DNA of 64,000 nucleotides, taken from positions 2,264,389 through 2,328,388 of the forward strand of contig CM121343.1 in NCBI GenBank assembly GCA_051530055.1, written 5' to 3'. Made by a program: the position numbers and the translations under genes. The notes beneath the pieces are model-generated. The model was not told the origin of the DNA. It did no database searches and worked only from the letters and a program-made list of their open reading frames with translations. This document shows, in pieces, positions 35,601 to 46,850 of this stretch (within the stretch, counting starts at the first letter, position 1; every line of letters begins with the position of its first letter). This DNA comes from Neoechinorhynchus agilis. Lineage: Eukaryota > Animalia > Acanthocephala.

Positions 35601-37182
35601 TGCAGTCAGCTCGGAGAAAGGAGTTTTCAGATCACAAAGGAAACTCGTTGAACCACCGACAAAAACAAACTCTTCCATTCTTGAAGGTTCACTCAACGAA
35701 GGAATCCAACCAACAGGTCTGTCACAGGGCTTCTCGGTAGATGTTCCGTACATCTATCGACTGAGATACGAAACCGATCAAAGTAAAATCGACGAAATTC
35801 AGCAAAACATTGCAGAACTTTGTCCAGATAGTCATGACAAAGGATTCATCGGTAGTCAGCCAGTATCAATGACGGTTAAAAATATTGAAACATTGCGGCA
35901 CTTAAATTATCGAGTAAGTTGGAAGGCCGGCGGAACCCGGTACTTGTTTTTCATTCGCGAGAAAAACGAAATTTATATGATCGACAGGCGCAATTCAATC
36001 TTCAAAGTAAAGAATCTTACATTTGTGACGAACCGTGGCACTACAGATCATCTTCGTCAGACTTTGCTTGATGGAGAGATGGTGGAAGATGTCGTGGGTG
36101 ATACACGGATTCCTCGATTCCTTATATTTGACGTCTTGGCATTCGACGGGCATCCTGCCGGTAAGGAACTGGATTATGACAAACGATCGGAACTCATTTG
36201 GAGGGAGATTATGCAGCCTCGTTACCGTGCTATTATCGAATACGGAACCATAGACCGAAGTCGAGAGCCTTTTCGGATTCAAAAGAAGGATTTTTACGAC
36301 CTCCGGTTCACTAAACAAATTTTGCACGAGATGTTCCGAAATGAAATCCCCCATCAAGCAGACGGTCTTATATTTCAACCCGTTGATATGCCGTATACTT
36401 TTGGTACCTTTGACAAGCTGCTAAAATATAAACCTCCACCATTGAATTCGGTAGATTTCAAATTGGTTATTCCTCGACACGTGATGGAAAAGCGAAAAAT
36501 AGGATCTGGTGGGCTGCTGTATGTTAGAAATTACCAAGAGCCGTTTGCTCGGATTCGACTCACGGATGAATTGTTTCATTGCCATGAAAATATAATTGAA
36601 TGCGTTGTTGCCGGAGGTGAATGGAAGATGGTTCGGGTTAGAACGGATAAGGACATCGCAAATTCTTTTCAAACTGCAATTGCGATCAAGGAAAGTATTG
36701 AAAAATCCGTGACGCTGGATTTACTTTTGAGTACAATTGCAAAGATTGACCCTGGTTTGTTTAATGTTAAGAGTTTAGAAGACTACAACAAGATCAACTA
36801 GAAAGTTGCAAGACACTTCAAAGAATGCTGGATCTATTTTTCTGTCAAAATTAATTTAAAAAGATATGGATTAACAATGAGACGATCAACAAATGCCATG
36901 AATCAATCCTCGCGTATTCTTTGGTTCCAACAATGGAATTGAGATTTCCTTCAGGGATGCTAAGTTTGAAATCGCGGATAGAGCGAACTGTTCGATTAAA
37001 AAATAATTGTTAACTGCCGGCGCTTACACGTCTTCGATCTTATTAAATTGTTTCAATAAAGCATCGATTAGTAAACTTCAATTCTGTTTGGGTGTTAAAG
37101 TTTCTTTTTATAATGATAATCACACAAATTCATCTTATATTTTATAAAAATCGAAAACTTCATAAAAAATGAAATTGAAAAA
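32657..37182 (+). repeat. Inverted partial copy of the cassette (equivalent to about 1410-5994), lacking the CRE element
   Basis: Reverse complement of unit 1 from gaacaaaaattcaactgc to gaaattgaaaaat; about 60 bp deleted near 34228. Confidence 0.9.
34585..36801 (+). CDS. RNGTT: mRNA capping enzyme paralog, copy 3 (inverted), intronless, 738 aa
   Basis: Same motifs; differs from copy 1 by one extra Ser in the TCA microsatellite plus V>A (KAGG) and N>D. Confidence 0.95.
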   Translation: MTTKQIATNPSSSSSILRIPKRWINTTSMGSSLISDRFIVFKTPLSSKYDSLIPENKRFTPTIAANRMRQIAGHRSIAGIISLINNDPYYDNKEFTEYLNVPHFCLPCGGYKDFPKKEIKNRFIEICDILLESNPNSVIAVHCTRGYNKSGFLVASYLIEKMKMKLRSAIAEFRRCRAPGIQAPPFIHGLRLRYSSWRTGVLLKRKINVKDVTITENTKGAVSTEMRTNYGSRQKANDESLSTDIIDIDRKKIAGGRKRCISDSDEQRIPLKRRVSQSSGDNQTESHTSLTTQLVKNESKHLKSRKRLKDDIASCKRSSQIAQITESASREQSPSAKRVAVSSEKGVFRSQRKLVEPPTKTNSSILEGSLNEGIQPTGLSQGFSVDVPYIYRLRYETDQSKIDEIQQNIAELCPDSHDKGFIGSQPVSMTVKNIETLRHLNYRVSWKAGGTRYLFFIREKNEIYMIDRRNSIFKVKNLTFVTNRGTTDHLRQTLLDGEMVEDVVGDTRIPRFLIFDVLAFDGHPAGKELDYDKRSELIWREIMQPRYRAIIEYGTIDRSREPFRIQKKDFYDLRFTKQILHEMFRNEIPHQADGLIFQPVDMPYTFGTFDKLLKYKPPPLNSVDFKLVIPRHVMEKRKIGSGGLLYVRNYQEPFARIRLTDELFHCHENIIECVVAGGEWKMVRVRTDKDIANSFQTAIAIKESIEKSVTLDLLLSTIAKIDPGLFNVKSLEDYNKIN

Positions 37183-37559
37183 TTCCAAAACTCGGTAGCA
37201 AAAATATGAATTATTCTTGAACCATAAAAATTCAAATAAAATCTATGATTTATATTTCAGATCTTAGAATAAACGGAAAATAATTCAATATAACACTGAG
37301 CGGTTTCCCTTGTGAAACAAAACATTTTTCAAGCAAGGCAATCGAATTGCAATAGTCTCAGGGAGCAACTATTTTAAGAGGGTACGCAAGTGAAAAAACC
37401 ATCCGGAAATTTTTATATTTTATATGCAGGTACGATTGAAAATATCCGGTTTTACTGAAACCAAGAGATAAACAAAATGGCGAAGCACAATAATAAAATA
37501 TTTTTTGTCAAGATATAATAATGGTCAAGAAGCGAGGACGAAACCTTGTTTCACTCGGA

Positions 37560-37835
37560 TTGGGAACAATTCCGTCAGTTGACATTATATCTGACCATGG
37601 CAGTCCTTCCTTCGTGCAGAGGGTGTACCGGTGTCGCATGGCAGTTGAAGGCTTGGGATAGGTAAAACATGGTCAGAAGGAGAGGTTTTGTATGTTCTAT
37701 GGCTTTTCTTGAAGCTGACGGTCGCCGGCGATTGCATGAATGGCCCCCCTCTGGGTCCGGAATCCATTTTGCCCTTCAGGTAGAATTCCTTCCACGAGGA
37801 GCAGCATATTCAGGAGGATTCTTGCAAGTAATTCA
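37560..37835 (-). mobile_element. RTE-like RT fragment
   Basis: Hand translation GILPEGQNGFRTQRG/AIHAIAGDRQLQEKAIEH..SQAFN. Confidence 0.65.
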
Positions 37836-37883
37836 CCACCGTGGATAGTGGCAAGATTCCTCGACAGTTTCGACATATGGATC

Positions 37884-38100
37884 TATGTTTGAGATATGGG
37901 AATTTGAAATAAGAATTAATTTATTGAAATTGAATATTTCGATCCAAACTAGGATCTTCTTCAGCAATTTGTTTGCAAGTTTTTTCACTTGTGAATGCGG
38001 ATAACTTGCAAACAAATTGCTGAAGAAGATCCTAGTTTGGATCGAAATATTCAATTTCAATAAATTAATTCTTATTTCAAATTCCCATATCTCAAACATA
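37884..38100. repeat. Perfect inverted repeat, 98-bp arms with a 21-bp loop
   Basis: 37884-37981 is the exact reverse complement of 38003-38100 (checked base by base). Confidence 0.97.
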
Positions 38101-38829
38101 TGGATTTTATTTTCAACAATATGGACCTATCTCCCTTTTTGAAGATTTGAACGATAGCTGGATTCTGTAAGCCGGTTGAGTTATCTTAAGAGTATCAACT
38201 TTTGCAAACGATCAGGTAAATCTTTGCTCGGACTTAAAGCAAGCGTGCTTCTATTATATAGTGAGCGATCGTGACACGCACTGCGCGTCCGATCGATAAT
38301 GACCAAACGATGTTTGGGGGTGTTTGCGTTTGTTTTTGGTTTTTGCAGTTGGCCAGGTTTTGAAAAAACGTTAATAAAACTTATCATGAAGAGTGAAGAT
38401 ACTTCACTTATAAAGAAAATATATTTAAGCAATGTTGACCGTTGGTGGTATTTTCCGACTAAGCAGTGTAAATGTTGCTCAACGCCTTATCGTGACCAAA
38501 AAGATAAAGATTCAGATTTGTGCGACCTTCATTTGTTTTTCTTCGATAAGTCCTCCTGGATCCTAAGATCGAAACACGATGTTTTGGCACGTGTGGATTT
38601 CATAAAAATAATCATCTCTAATTATGAAATTGGCATTTTAACGATTTTCGAAATAATGATCAGACATCTTTTATTGATTATACAGAACCGGTTTTAATTT
38701 CCAATGAGCCTCCAGCGAGTATATATGAATATTCAATTGGATTAGAAAGGAAAGCGGATAATGAAGTGTAAAACTTACTAACAACAGAATAAATTCAAAA
38801 AATAACAATTGAATTGACCAAAAACGAAA

Positions 38830-41800
38830 ATGAGGAAATCAGACGATGGATATAGCGACGGATCAAATTCACCTCCCAGCCCTATACCTCCAAGAAGGCT
38901 CAGGACGATCTCAGCATCGGATAGGTTTTGCCGAAATTCCAAATTACGTCACAATGTGTTCAAATCGCCTACAATCGACGCTGCTGACGCAGATAATTTG
39001 AACGCGGCACTTATCGATCATGATCAACCTGAGAAGACCAACGCTGCCGGGCTCCCACGCGTCTCTACTGGTTTGTGTCTGGTTTGCGGTAGGTCTTTTA
39101 AATTAACCAATTTGGGGGTTTTGTTTGTCCATGGTCCCCGTGATCTCCGCTGTAGTGGGTCTGGTTCTCCACCACAATTAACCGAACCTTTCGTGCCTGA
39201 GACCCCTCAGATCACCACTGATTCTATTTCGATACCTGATATCGTGCGGTTTCTGCCCAGGAGCGTCCTGAAACGCATCCCTAAAGGCGCGCGATATCTG
39301 GTCGCCAAAGCATTTACGGGATTGCTCAGATATTGCCTTCAAAAGAACTGTACGCCATCATGGACACGGCTCTTCGCTTTCCCGCGCTTAGTCCTCTGCA
39401 CCAGCGGTGATTCTGGGGTGTCTTTGACATCAACAATCAAGGAAAGGTTAGCCTCCTTTGAACAAATATTTAACGATTTTGAAAGGAATCTCCGCGAGGT
39501 TCGTAAGGGACACACGAAGGAAGAGTTTCGTTGCCGTTTTTCAAAGCGATCACTGACTGAACGTGTCTCTTCGAAGCTTGCGGACGGAGATGTTCGAGGG
39601 GCTGTTCGGTTATTGTCATCCTCCGACAGTTTCGCAAAGGGAGACAGCGAGACGCTACAAATACTCCGGTCAAAGCACCCATGTAGTAGCGGAAGTTTTG
39701 AAATTCCATCTCCTCCCATACGAGACAGGACGCCCACTCAAATTTCAGAGTTACAAAAGGCCATCTCATCTTTTGCAAATGGTTCGGGTCACGGGCTTGA
39801 CGGACTAAGGCCTCAGCACCTAAAGGACATGATGTCCTTTTCAACTGGTGAAGCAGCTCTCTCTAGGAAGTGCGCTTACCCCCTCGCAAAGGACCTATTT
39901 TTCGGAGCCTCATTGTGTGCGCTCACAAAAAAAGAAGGTGGAATCCGTCTCATCGCCGTATCTTCGACGGTACGTCGACTCGCAGGAAAAATTCTCTGCA
40001 AACCTATTACAGAGAAAATCGGACAGCAACTTCGTCCAGTCCAACTGCGCTGTTGCACATCCTGCGGGCCGGAAGCTATTGTCCACTCGCTCCGAAACTT
40101 TGCTACGAGAAGCTCGGAGCCGTGCGTGATTCTTAAGTGTGATTTTCGGAACGCCTTTAACTCTCTCAATAGAGAAACCATGTTCTGCGCAATTAGGGAT
40201 CATGCCCCAGAAGCCTTCCAGTATTTTCTCAATGCCTACGGGACGGCGACTCCTTTGCTTTTCGAAGACCACCTCATTTGGTCCGAAATAGGAGTGCAAC
40301 AAGGAGATCCCCTCGGTCCAATCGCATTCTCCCTAACAGTAAATCCAATAGCGCATTCTCTCCATTCCAGCTTCAAAGCTTGGTACTTGGATGGCGCTAC
40401 GCTCGGAGGTGATCCCTCCGTTGTACTGCGCGATTTGGAGACGCTGATTAGGGAGACCTCGAAGATGGGCATTGAGCTCAATGCTGGAAAATGTGAGCTC
40501 CTTGTATTGAATATTGGAGACGCCGCCAAAGTCAAAGAACTAATGGCTGGGTTCGAGGCCGTAGCTCCAGGTCTGAAATTCGTGACTCGGGAGCAACTCA
40601 GCCTCCTGGGCAGTTGCGTCTTCGATTCAAATGCGGAAGATGCGATCGGCCATATCATACCGAAATTTTCGTTGCTGTGCGATAGGGTGCGCGCTCTCTC
40701 GACTCATGAAGCCTTGTTTCTCATAAAGAACGCGCTCTTCATCCCCAAATTATTGTACAAGGTTCCTACAGCAACATTTTTCAAACACAAAAAAGGATTG
40801 GCAAAGCTGGACGATAAGGTGAGGGCTTGTCTCGAGCGTATTTTAAATGTCCAGCACTCAGATGAGGCGTGGCGACAAGCTTCTTTGCCTGTGTCATCTG
40901 GGGGATTGGGAATTCGGGCACTAGTGGACCTTGCTTTGCCGGCCTTTCTTGGATCGTTAGAGGGGAGCCTACCAGTATCGAAGAAAATTTTGAAGGAAAA
41001 GTTCTGTCTTGACCGGGATTTCGTGGTGGCGGTTGAGGAATGGTGCCAGCAGACAGGCGCTAACCATGTTCCCGTGAATGGCCTCAGACAGTCGATCTGG
41101 AACGGACCTCTTGTCGCGAGAGCTAACAGCTCTCTACTTTCCGGTTCTCGCGATGGGGTCGTCCGAGCTAGACTGTTGGCAGTTTCAACACGAGAATCTG
41201 GGGCGTGGTTGGAGGCTGTTCCTCTGGCATCAGTGGGAACTCTTCTTACTGATGAGGTAACGAGGATCGCAGTATCCTTAAGACTTGGTCTTCCGATATG
41301 CACGCCCCAGCGCTGTCGATGTGGGTCTTTGGTTGATGCTTTCGGGCGACACGGTCTCGTCTGCAGAAGGTCAGGAGAAAGGTTCTCACGCCATTCTGAA
41401 ATCAATAACGCAATTTCTCGGGCGTTGAGAACGGCGAACTTCCCGAACATCCTGGAACCCGCCCACCTTTGTCGACTAGACGGCCGTAGGCCCGATGGAA
41501 TTTCGGTCTTCCCGTGGCGGGAGGGCAAATGCCTTCTCTGGGACGCCACGTGTGTGAACACCCTCGCAGCCAGCAACATCCCCTATTCCCTCGAAATCGC
41601 CGATGGTGCCGCCAGTGCAGCGGAAGGGAGGAAAATACGGAAATATATTCAGTTATCGAGGGCTCACTATTTTGTCCCCTTTGGGGTAGAGACGTATGGA
41701 GCGCTCGGCAGCTCGGCACTCTCTCTGCTCCAGGATCTCTCGAAGAAATTGAGAGAGGCAACCGGAGACTCAAGAGCAGGCGTATTCCTCCGACAAAATA

Positions 41801-41889
41801 TCTCGCTGGCAGTACGACGGGCCAATGCTGCCAGCGTGATGGCGACGGTCGAGGAAGGACAAAAGCTGGAATTTGGCGGGAGGTGGTGA
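38830..41889 (+). mobile_element. CRE-clade retrotransposon C, single open 1019-aa ORF (zinc finger - RT - CCHC - REL endonuclease), probably RT-dead
   Basis: CLVCGRSF..HGP..C, LKCDFRNAFN, QQGDPLGP, WYLDG (for YLDD), CRCG..GRHGLVC, RHSEIN, RPDG..PW..GK.LLWDATC. Confidence 0.92.
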
Positions 41890-42699
41890 GTGTGCCTCAA
41901 ACAGATTGTTTGAATTATTAAAAATTTAAACCCGATTTTATGAAGTGACCGACCTAATCATTCTAAAAACGTGCTGGGCAACCAAACCAAAAGCAAAGTT
42001 TGTTGTCTTTTGACCTTTGTGAAGGGCTTTTTAATAATCTAGAGCCCATTTTTCTTGAGAGGTTAGAAAATAATCTCTTGGATTCGAATTATATTTTATC
42101 AATGAGGGATGGAGCACATTTTGTCAAGGTAAACGAGATTGAAAATATTCTAAAGGTCAGAAATGAAGGAACGTCGAGAGAAACACATCAAAGGAATTAA
42201 TAATGGAGCTTCGGCAAGAAATTGATGAAATATTTAATCGAACAATATAATAATTTTGCCTGTGAAGTCCATGCGTTCTTGAAACAAGGAAAAGGAAGAC
42301 TCACATAATTCCTATGAGCGATAATCCACAATGAACCAAACCTACAAATTTAAGCCATCCAATTGTAATCCATAGAATTTAGGACTTGACATCGTCTAAG
42401 GTTTAATTTTTGCGATTCCACAAATAATAAATTCGCAATCCTCTTTGAATCGCAGATATTTCATTCTTCAATTGAATGGAACCACAACCAATCACCAACA
42501 GTGAATTCCTATCTAAAGATCTTAAACTAAATTTTTGCTCTCGACGAAGTTAAACAGCGTGTTTTAAAGCTCCTAGGATCCAGTAATCATTAGCTAAACT
42601 AAAAGATCGTGTATCCGAGATTGATTTAGGGCACGAAATCGATTTTGATTGGATCTGTCTTTAAGAAAAGCACTACTGATAAGAAGATATTTTCGTATG

Positions 42700-43031
42700 A
42701 GGAACAGAATTTGGGTCCCAATATACGTTTTACCAGATCCTTACTCCCTTCGAGTGATCCTAAAAACGCGGGCAACGACACATCTACTGTTTTTCGAATA
42801 CCCAAGCCACCGGACGATACAGGCAATGAAGCTTGTAACCAGGCATCGTCTGATAGCTGGATATTTAAAATGTGCTCGAGACACGTTTTCACAGTGTCAT
42901 CGAGCTTCTTTATCTTATTGACGTGCTTGAAGAACGAAGCCGTGCGCAGTTTATAAAGTAGTTTCTTGATGAAGAGGGTATTCTCTATCAGGAATAGAGC
43001 CTCGTGTGACGAAAGTTCCCGGACTCTATCT
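42700..43031 (-). mobile_element. CRE-type internal fragment
   Basis: HEALFLI..KLLYKLRTASFFKH..LSDDAWLQASLPVSSGGLGIRK. Confidence 0.85.
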
Positions 43032-43614
43032 AGTTTTTAAGGAGCCTTCAGCGAGCCCATACGAATATTCAGTTGAATCAAAATTGCAGTATTCAGAATT
43101 CATTATAATTTTTTTGTCCGGTTTCGATTTGGAGAATATTCCAGTTTGACGATCCAGCGGTAGGATCGAACCTCAAAGTCGCGATGCAACTGAGATCGTT
43201 AATTTCATCAATTCAAGCTAAAATCAAGAAACCATCAGTTTTCGAAAGACGTTGCACTTTGTGAATGCCTTTTAAAAACTTGAGTAGAAGACAAAATTCG
43301 CAATTTTCCATGCAAAAATTGTAATTTGAATTGTCTTCAAATGTTTTTCAAATTAAAGCTCAAAACGATAATAATACAACGTTAATCAAGAGGCTAGAGG
43401 AATTTCCCTTGTCTATGCAGAAGATTTATTAGTATGGATTTTGTTTTAACAGTCGAAATCACTGCATTTCTGAATTTATTTGCTTTAGGGTTTTTGTAAG
43501 CAACCAAACGAAATCTATTGTCGAGAATTCAAAATATGAATAGAGCTGTATTTATTTGGTTACCATGACAATCCATGGAGAAAATGATACTTAAGCATTG
43601 GTCTTTGAGTAATC

Positions 43615-44268
43615 TTGATGGTAATTAAGGTATCCAGTACGATTCGACTTCTGAACCCATGTAATCAACAAAACGAAAGTTCGTCCATGAGTTTGGTTTC
43701 GGAAATAGCTAGGCGGGAGCAGTCACCGTACTATGAGATTGCAAAGACCCGACGTCTTGTAAGACGAACCCGAAAAAAACTTGCCCTGATAAAGAAGGAG
43801 ATCGTTGCAATAAAAGACGATCTATCTCTTTACAACGGTGATTCTGTACAGACCCAAGAATTGGAAGTTCGAATCGACGACAATTTGAGAGAGTTACGTA
43901 AAGCGGCAGTAGATTCGAAGAACACGCCGATCGCCTGTAAAGTTTATAAGATTGCATCTCGCGAATACGCAATTTATCAGAGCTTTATGTTACATAAGAA
44001 ATTCTTTAGTGATGTTATACAGGCGGAAAAACGAGTTAAGCGATTAATGAAACGAACAAGTAATCACTTTAGTTTCCAAATGCCCTCCGATTCGCTGAAG
44101 AGCTGTTTGCTCGAGCTCAACGAAATAAAGAATTTATCGAAATTGATGGAAATGAACGAGAACGCTCACAAAATATTAGGAATAATCGATAAATTAATGG
44201 ATGAATTAATGAAGATTTACAAAAAAGATCAGAGCCGACGGAAAGTCTCTGTAGAGAACAAAGATTAA
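43615..44268 (+). CDS. Hypothetical protein, 217 aa, helical/coiled-coil-like
   Basis: Long uninterrupted ORF in AT-rich DNA, rich in K/E/L/R; no motif recognised. Confidence 0.4.
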   Translation: MMVIKVSSTIRLLNPCNQQNESSSMSLVSEIARREQSPYYEIAKTRRLVRRTRKKLALIKKEIVAIKDDLSLYNGDSVQTQELEVRIDDNLRELRKAAVDSKNTPIACKVYKIASREYAIYQSFMLHKKFFSDVIQAEKRVKRLMKRTSNHFSFQMPSDSLKSCLLELNEIKNLSKLMEMNENAHKILGIIDKLMDELMKIYKKDQSRRKVSVENKD

Positions 44269-44829
44269 CTATAAATTTTAAAAATATTTTTTTCTGACAT
44301 ATTTTGTTTAAGTATTCCGAAATCCTTATTTTCAGCATCGTCACAACACGCAACTCACGAAATAATTCTATGTGAAAAAAATAGAATTATTAAATACATC
44401 TAATAAGTTAAGTTAATAATTTTCAAATGAGCATTGTTCTGATGGAATAGCACCGCTAATACTTCGAATGGCGAATGCGTCGTTGGCCACTTGTGTGAAA
44501 TAAAAAGAGTCAATCAGCTGAAGACTTGCATCACATTATCCTACTAAATCATTAATCCTCACGGTACGAAAAGACGCTTTTAAGAAACCGAAGTCAAGAG
44601 TGGTTTTAATTGAATTATAGTTACTTTGCGGCCGCTCAATTAAAATCCACGGTGCTCCAGAATTTTTTGTGGGATGATACGTTCCCACAGCATTTAAATT
44701 TCGCTAAAGAAGATTAAAAAATAATCGAACATTTTTAGATCAACAATTGAGCCGCTTTGTATTTGTTCGATAAAAGCAGTCTCCGTGAGAAATTTTTATG
44801 GCTAAGCTGTGAAAAATGCGATTCGTATA

Positions 44830-45200
44830 ACCTGAATGGTTTATAGATACATTAAGTCTCGTAGTTGAAAGCGATTGGACGATATTCGGTTTCGTGATCA
44901 ATATCCTTCAGGAGTAGTCATAGGGTTTGAAATTCGAGGAAAAATTCAACGAACAGCACGATGGTGTTGCAATGGGATCACCTCTAGCTCGGACCCTAGC
45001 TGAGCTGTTCATGCTAGGGTTTGAAAAAGATATTAAGTTGGCTCCCTGAACTCACGAAATACTGCCGATATGTAAACGTTGCATTCTTCATTATCGAAGA
45101 TAGCACTGATACCGACAGTTTAAAAAAGTTGTTGGCTTCCATACATAACAACATCAAATGGGATGTAACAGCCAAGGGACTTGGATCGAAATCATTATTT
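44830..45200 (+). mobile_element. Penelope-like RT fragment
   Basis: Hand translation QHDGVAMGSPLARTLAELFMLGFEK followed by KYCRYV. Confidence 0.75.
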
Positions 45201-45549
45201 CGTTCCCCGCAAGGTTGATCGCTAAGTCCAATGGCACTTTTGCGAATAGAGACTTGGCATCAGCAGAAACCATTCTATATTCTTTATTGCCGTGCGCCTT
45301 CAGTCATTCCAGGAACTCTGGACCCGATGATACGATGTGCTTATCCGCCGGCATTAAATTTCGCAACATGTTAGCCAATGTTTTGGTGTGGTATCCAGAA
45401 CGTGAGGCAATAACTGGTCGTGCTTTTAATGGCGACTTATGTATTTTGTCCGATAAGTACATATTCGGTGTCTTCCCTTTACTTGACCGATGTTTCTAGT
45501 ATATTTCAGGACTTATCCTTCCACGTTTCTTCAGCGTTAGTAAGAATTG

Positions 45550-46850
45550 ATTGAACATCTATTCTCGTTTCATAGTGGGGTATTATGTTGGACTGGAATC
45601 TAAGCTGCGCACAAGCGCATCGTAGATGCAGAGGAGGGCATCAGAACAAGAGTAATTGGTGGCGGGTTTTAAAACATTTTTCTAAGATTTTAGAGAAAGG
45701 TGATAGGATAGAGATGGGACGAAAGGATGTGGGGGAAATCGGCTTATCGTTTTGGGGTAGGGGGACAACACGGGCTTCCTTAAGACACGACGGGAAAGAG
45801 CCCAATAGAAAGCTAAGGTTCGTTTTTGCGTTGGAGGATCGATAAGTTCCGAGATGATGAAACGAATGGTCCAATTTGGGATAGTTGAATTAGGGAAAGA
45901 ATGGCGGGGTAGGCGTTTAAGGATCCCTAGGATTTCGAGATGGGAAACTAAGGAAGGGCATGTATGAATGAACGGGTCAAAAAGTGAGGAGGGAGGTTGG
46001 GACAATGGATGGGAGATTTGGGGATGACAGAGGTTTTTATTCATGGAGTTAAGGATTGAGAGGAGATCAGATTTGGGGAGAGATGTGAAGGGGTGGATCT
46101 ACCAAGACCAGTTACATTTTTTATTTCACGCTACCAGTTTCGATTGGGAACGGACGAGACGGGCTATACGGACGCGTTTTGTCAGCGTGGAGTGGAGGGA
46201 GGGGTAAGCGAGATTACCTGGCCGGAAAGCTTCGGTGACCTGGATTTGAAGGGTTTTTAGAAAAGGCGAGAACCATGAAGAGTCGCGGTTCGAGGTTCGT
46301 ATTGTTTTGCGAGGAAAGGAGGCCTTCATCGCAGATTCTATTAGATTTAACAAAGAGCCCGTTGCAATCGAGGGGTCGGGGCCAAAGATGGTAGAGCGGT
46401 TATGCGTGATAAGAGAATTGACACATGCAGCAAAGGATTGGGTATGATGATCACGTTTATCCCAGAAAACTTAGGGGTCGGAAAGGGAATGTTTTTGAGG
46501 TGATGAATGGGAGAGAAGGATGGAACAATGGTCAGACGAGGCGATCGGAGAAGTTTGGTAGTGCACGAATATTGCCTGATGTTTGAGAAAATTTTATCAA
46601 GGCGGGAGGAGAAGCGTGTAGGGAAAGTAACGAGTTGGAAAAGATGAGAGAGCGAGGGCGGGATCGGCAGTTTGTTAAAATCGCCAAGATGTTTAGAAGG
46701 GACATGAGGGGTGGATACTGACGGAGAGGTTTGAAGCTGCGCAGAGAGAAGGGATGGGAGTGGGGGTAAGGGATTCGTGGGTGGACACTGTAGTAAGGGA
46801 CACACTTTGATTAATGCTGTATCGATCATGTTATAAACATTAAATACTGC
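45550..46850 (-). mobile_element. CR1/L2-group LINE (family L) fragment: end of the AP endonuclease to start of RT
   Basis: LGDFNK..LVTFPTR..RLDKIFSN; GSFPSCLKEARVVPLP..FRPISILSPFSKILEK. Confidence 0.8.

Noticed and set aside
36801-37182. Processed-retrogene poly(A) tail and TSD for the intronless capping gene
   Set aside because: An AATAAA is present near 37055 but no A-tail or flanking duplication was found
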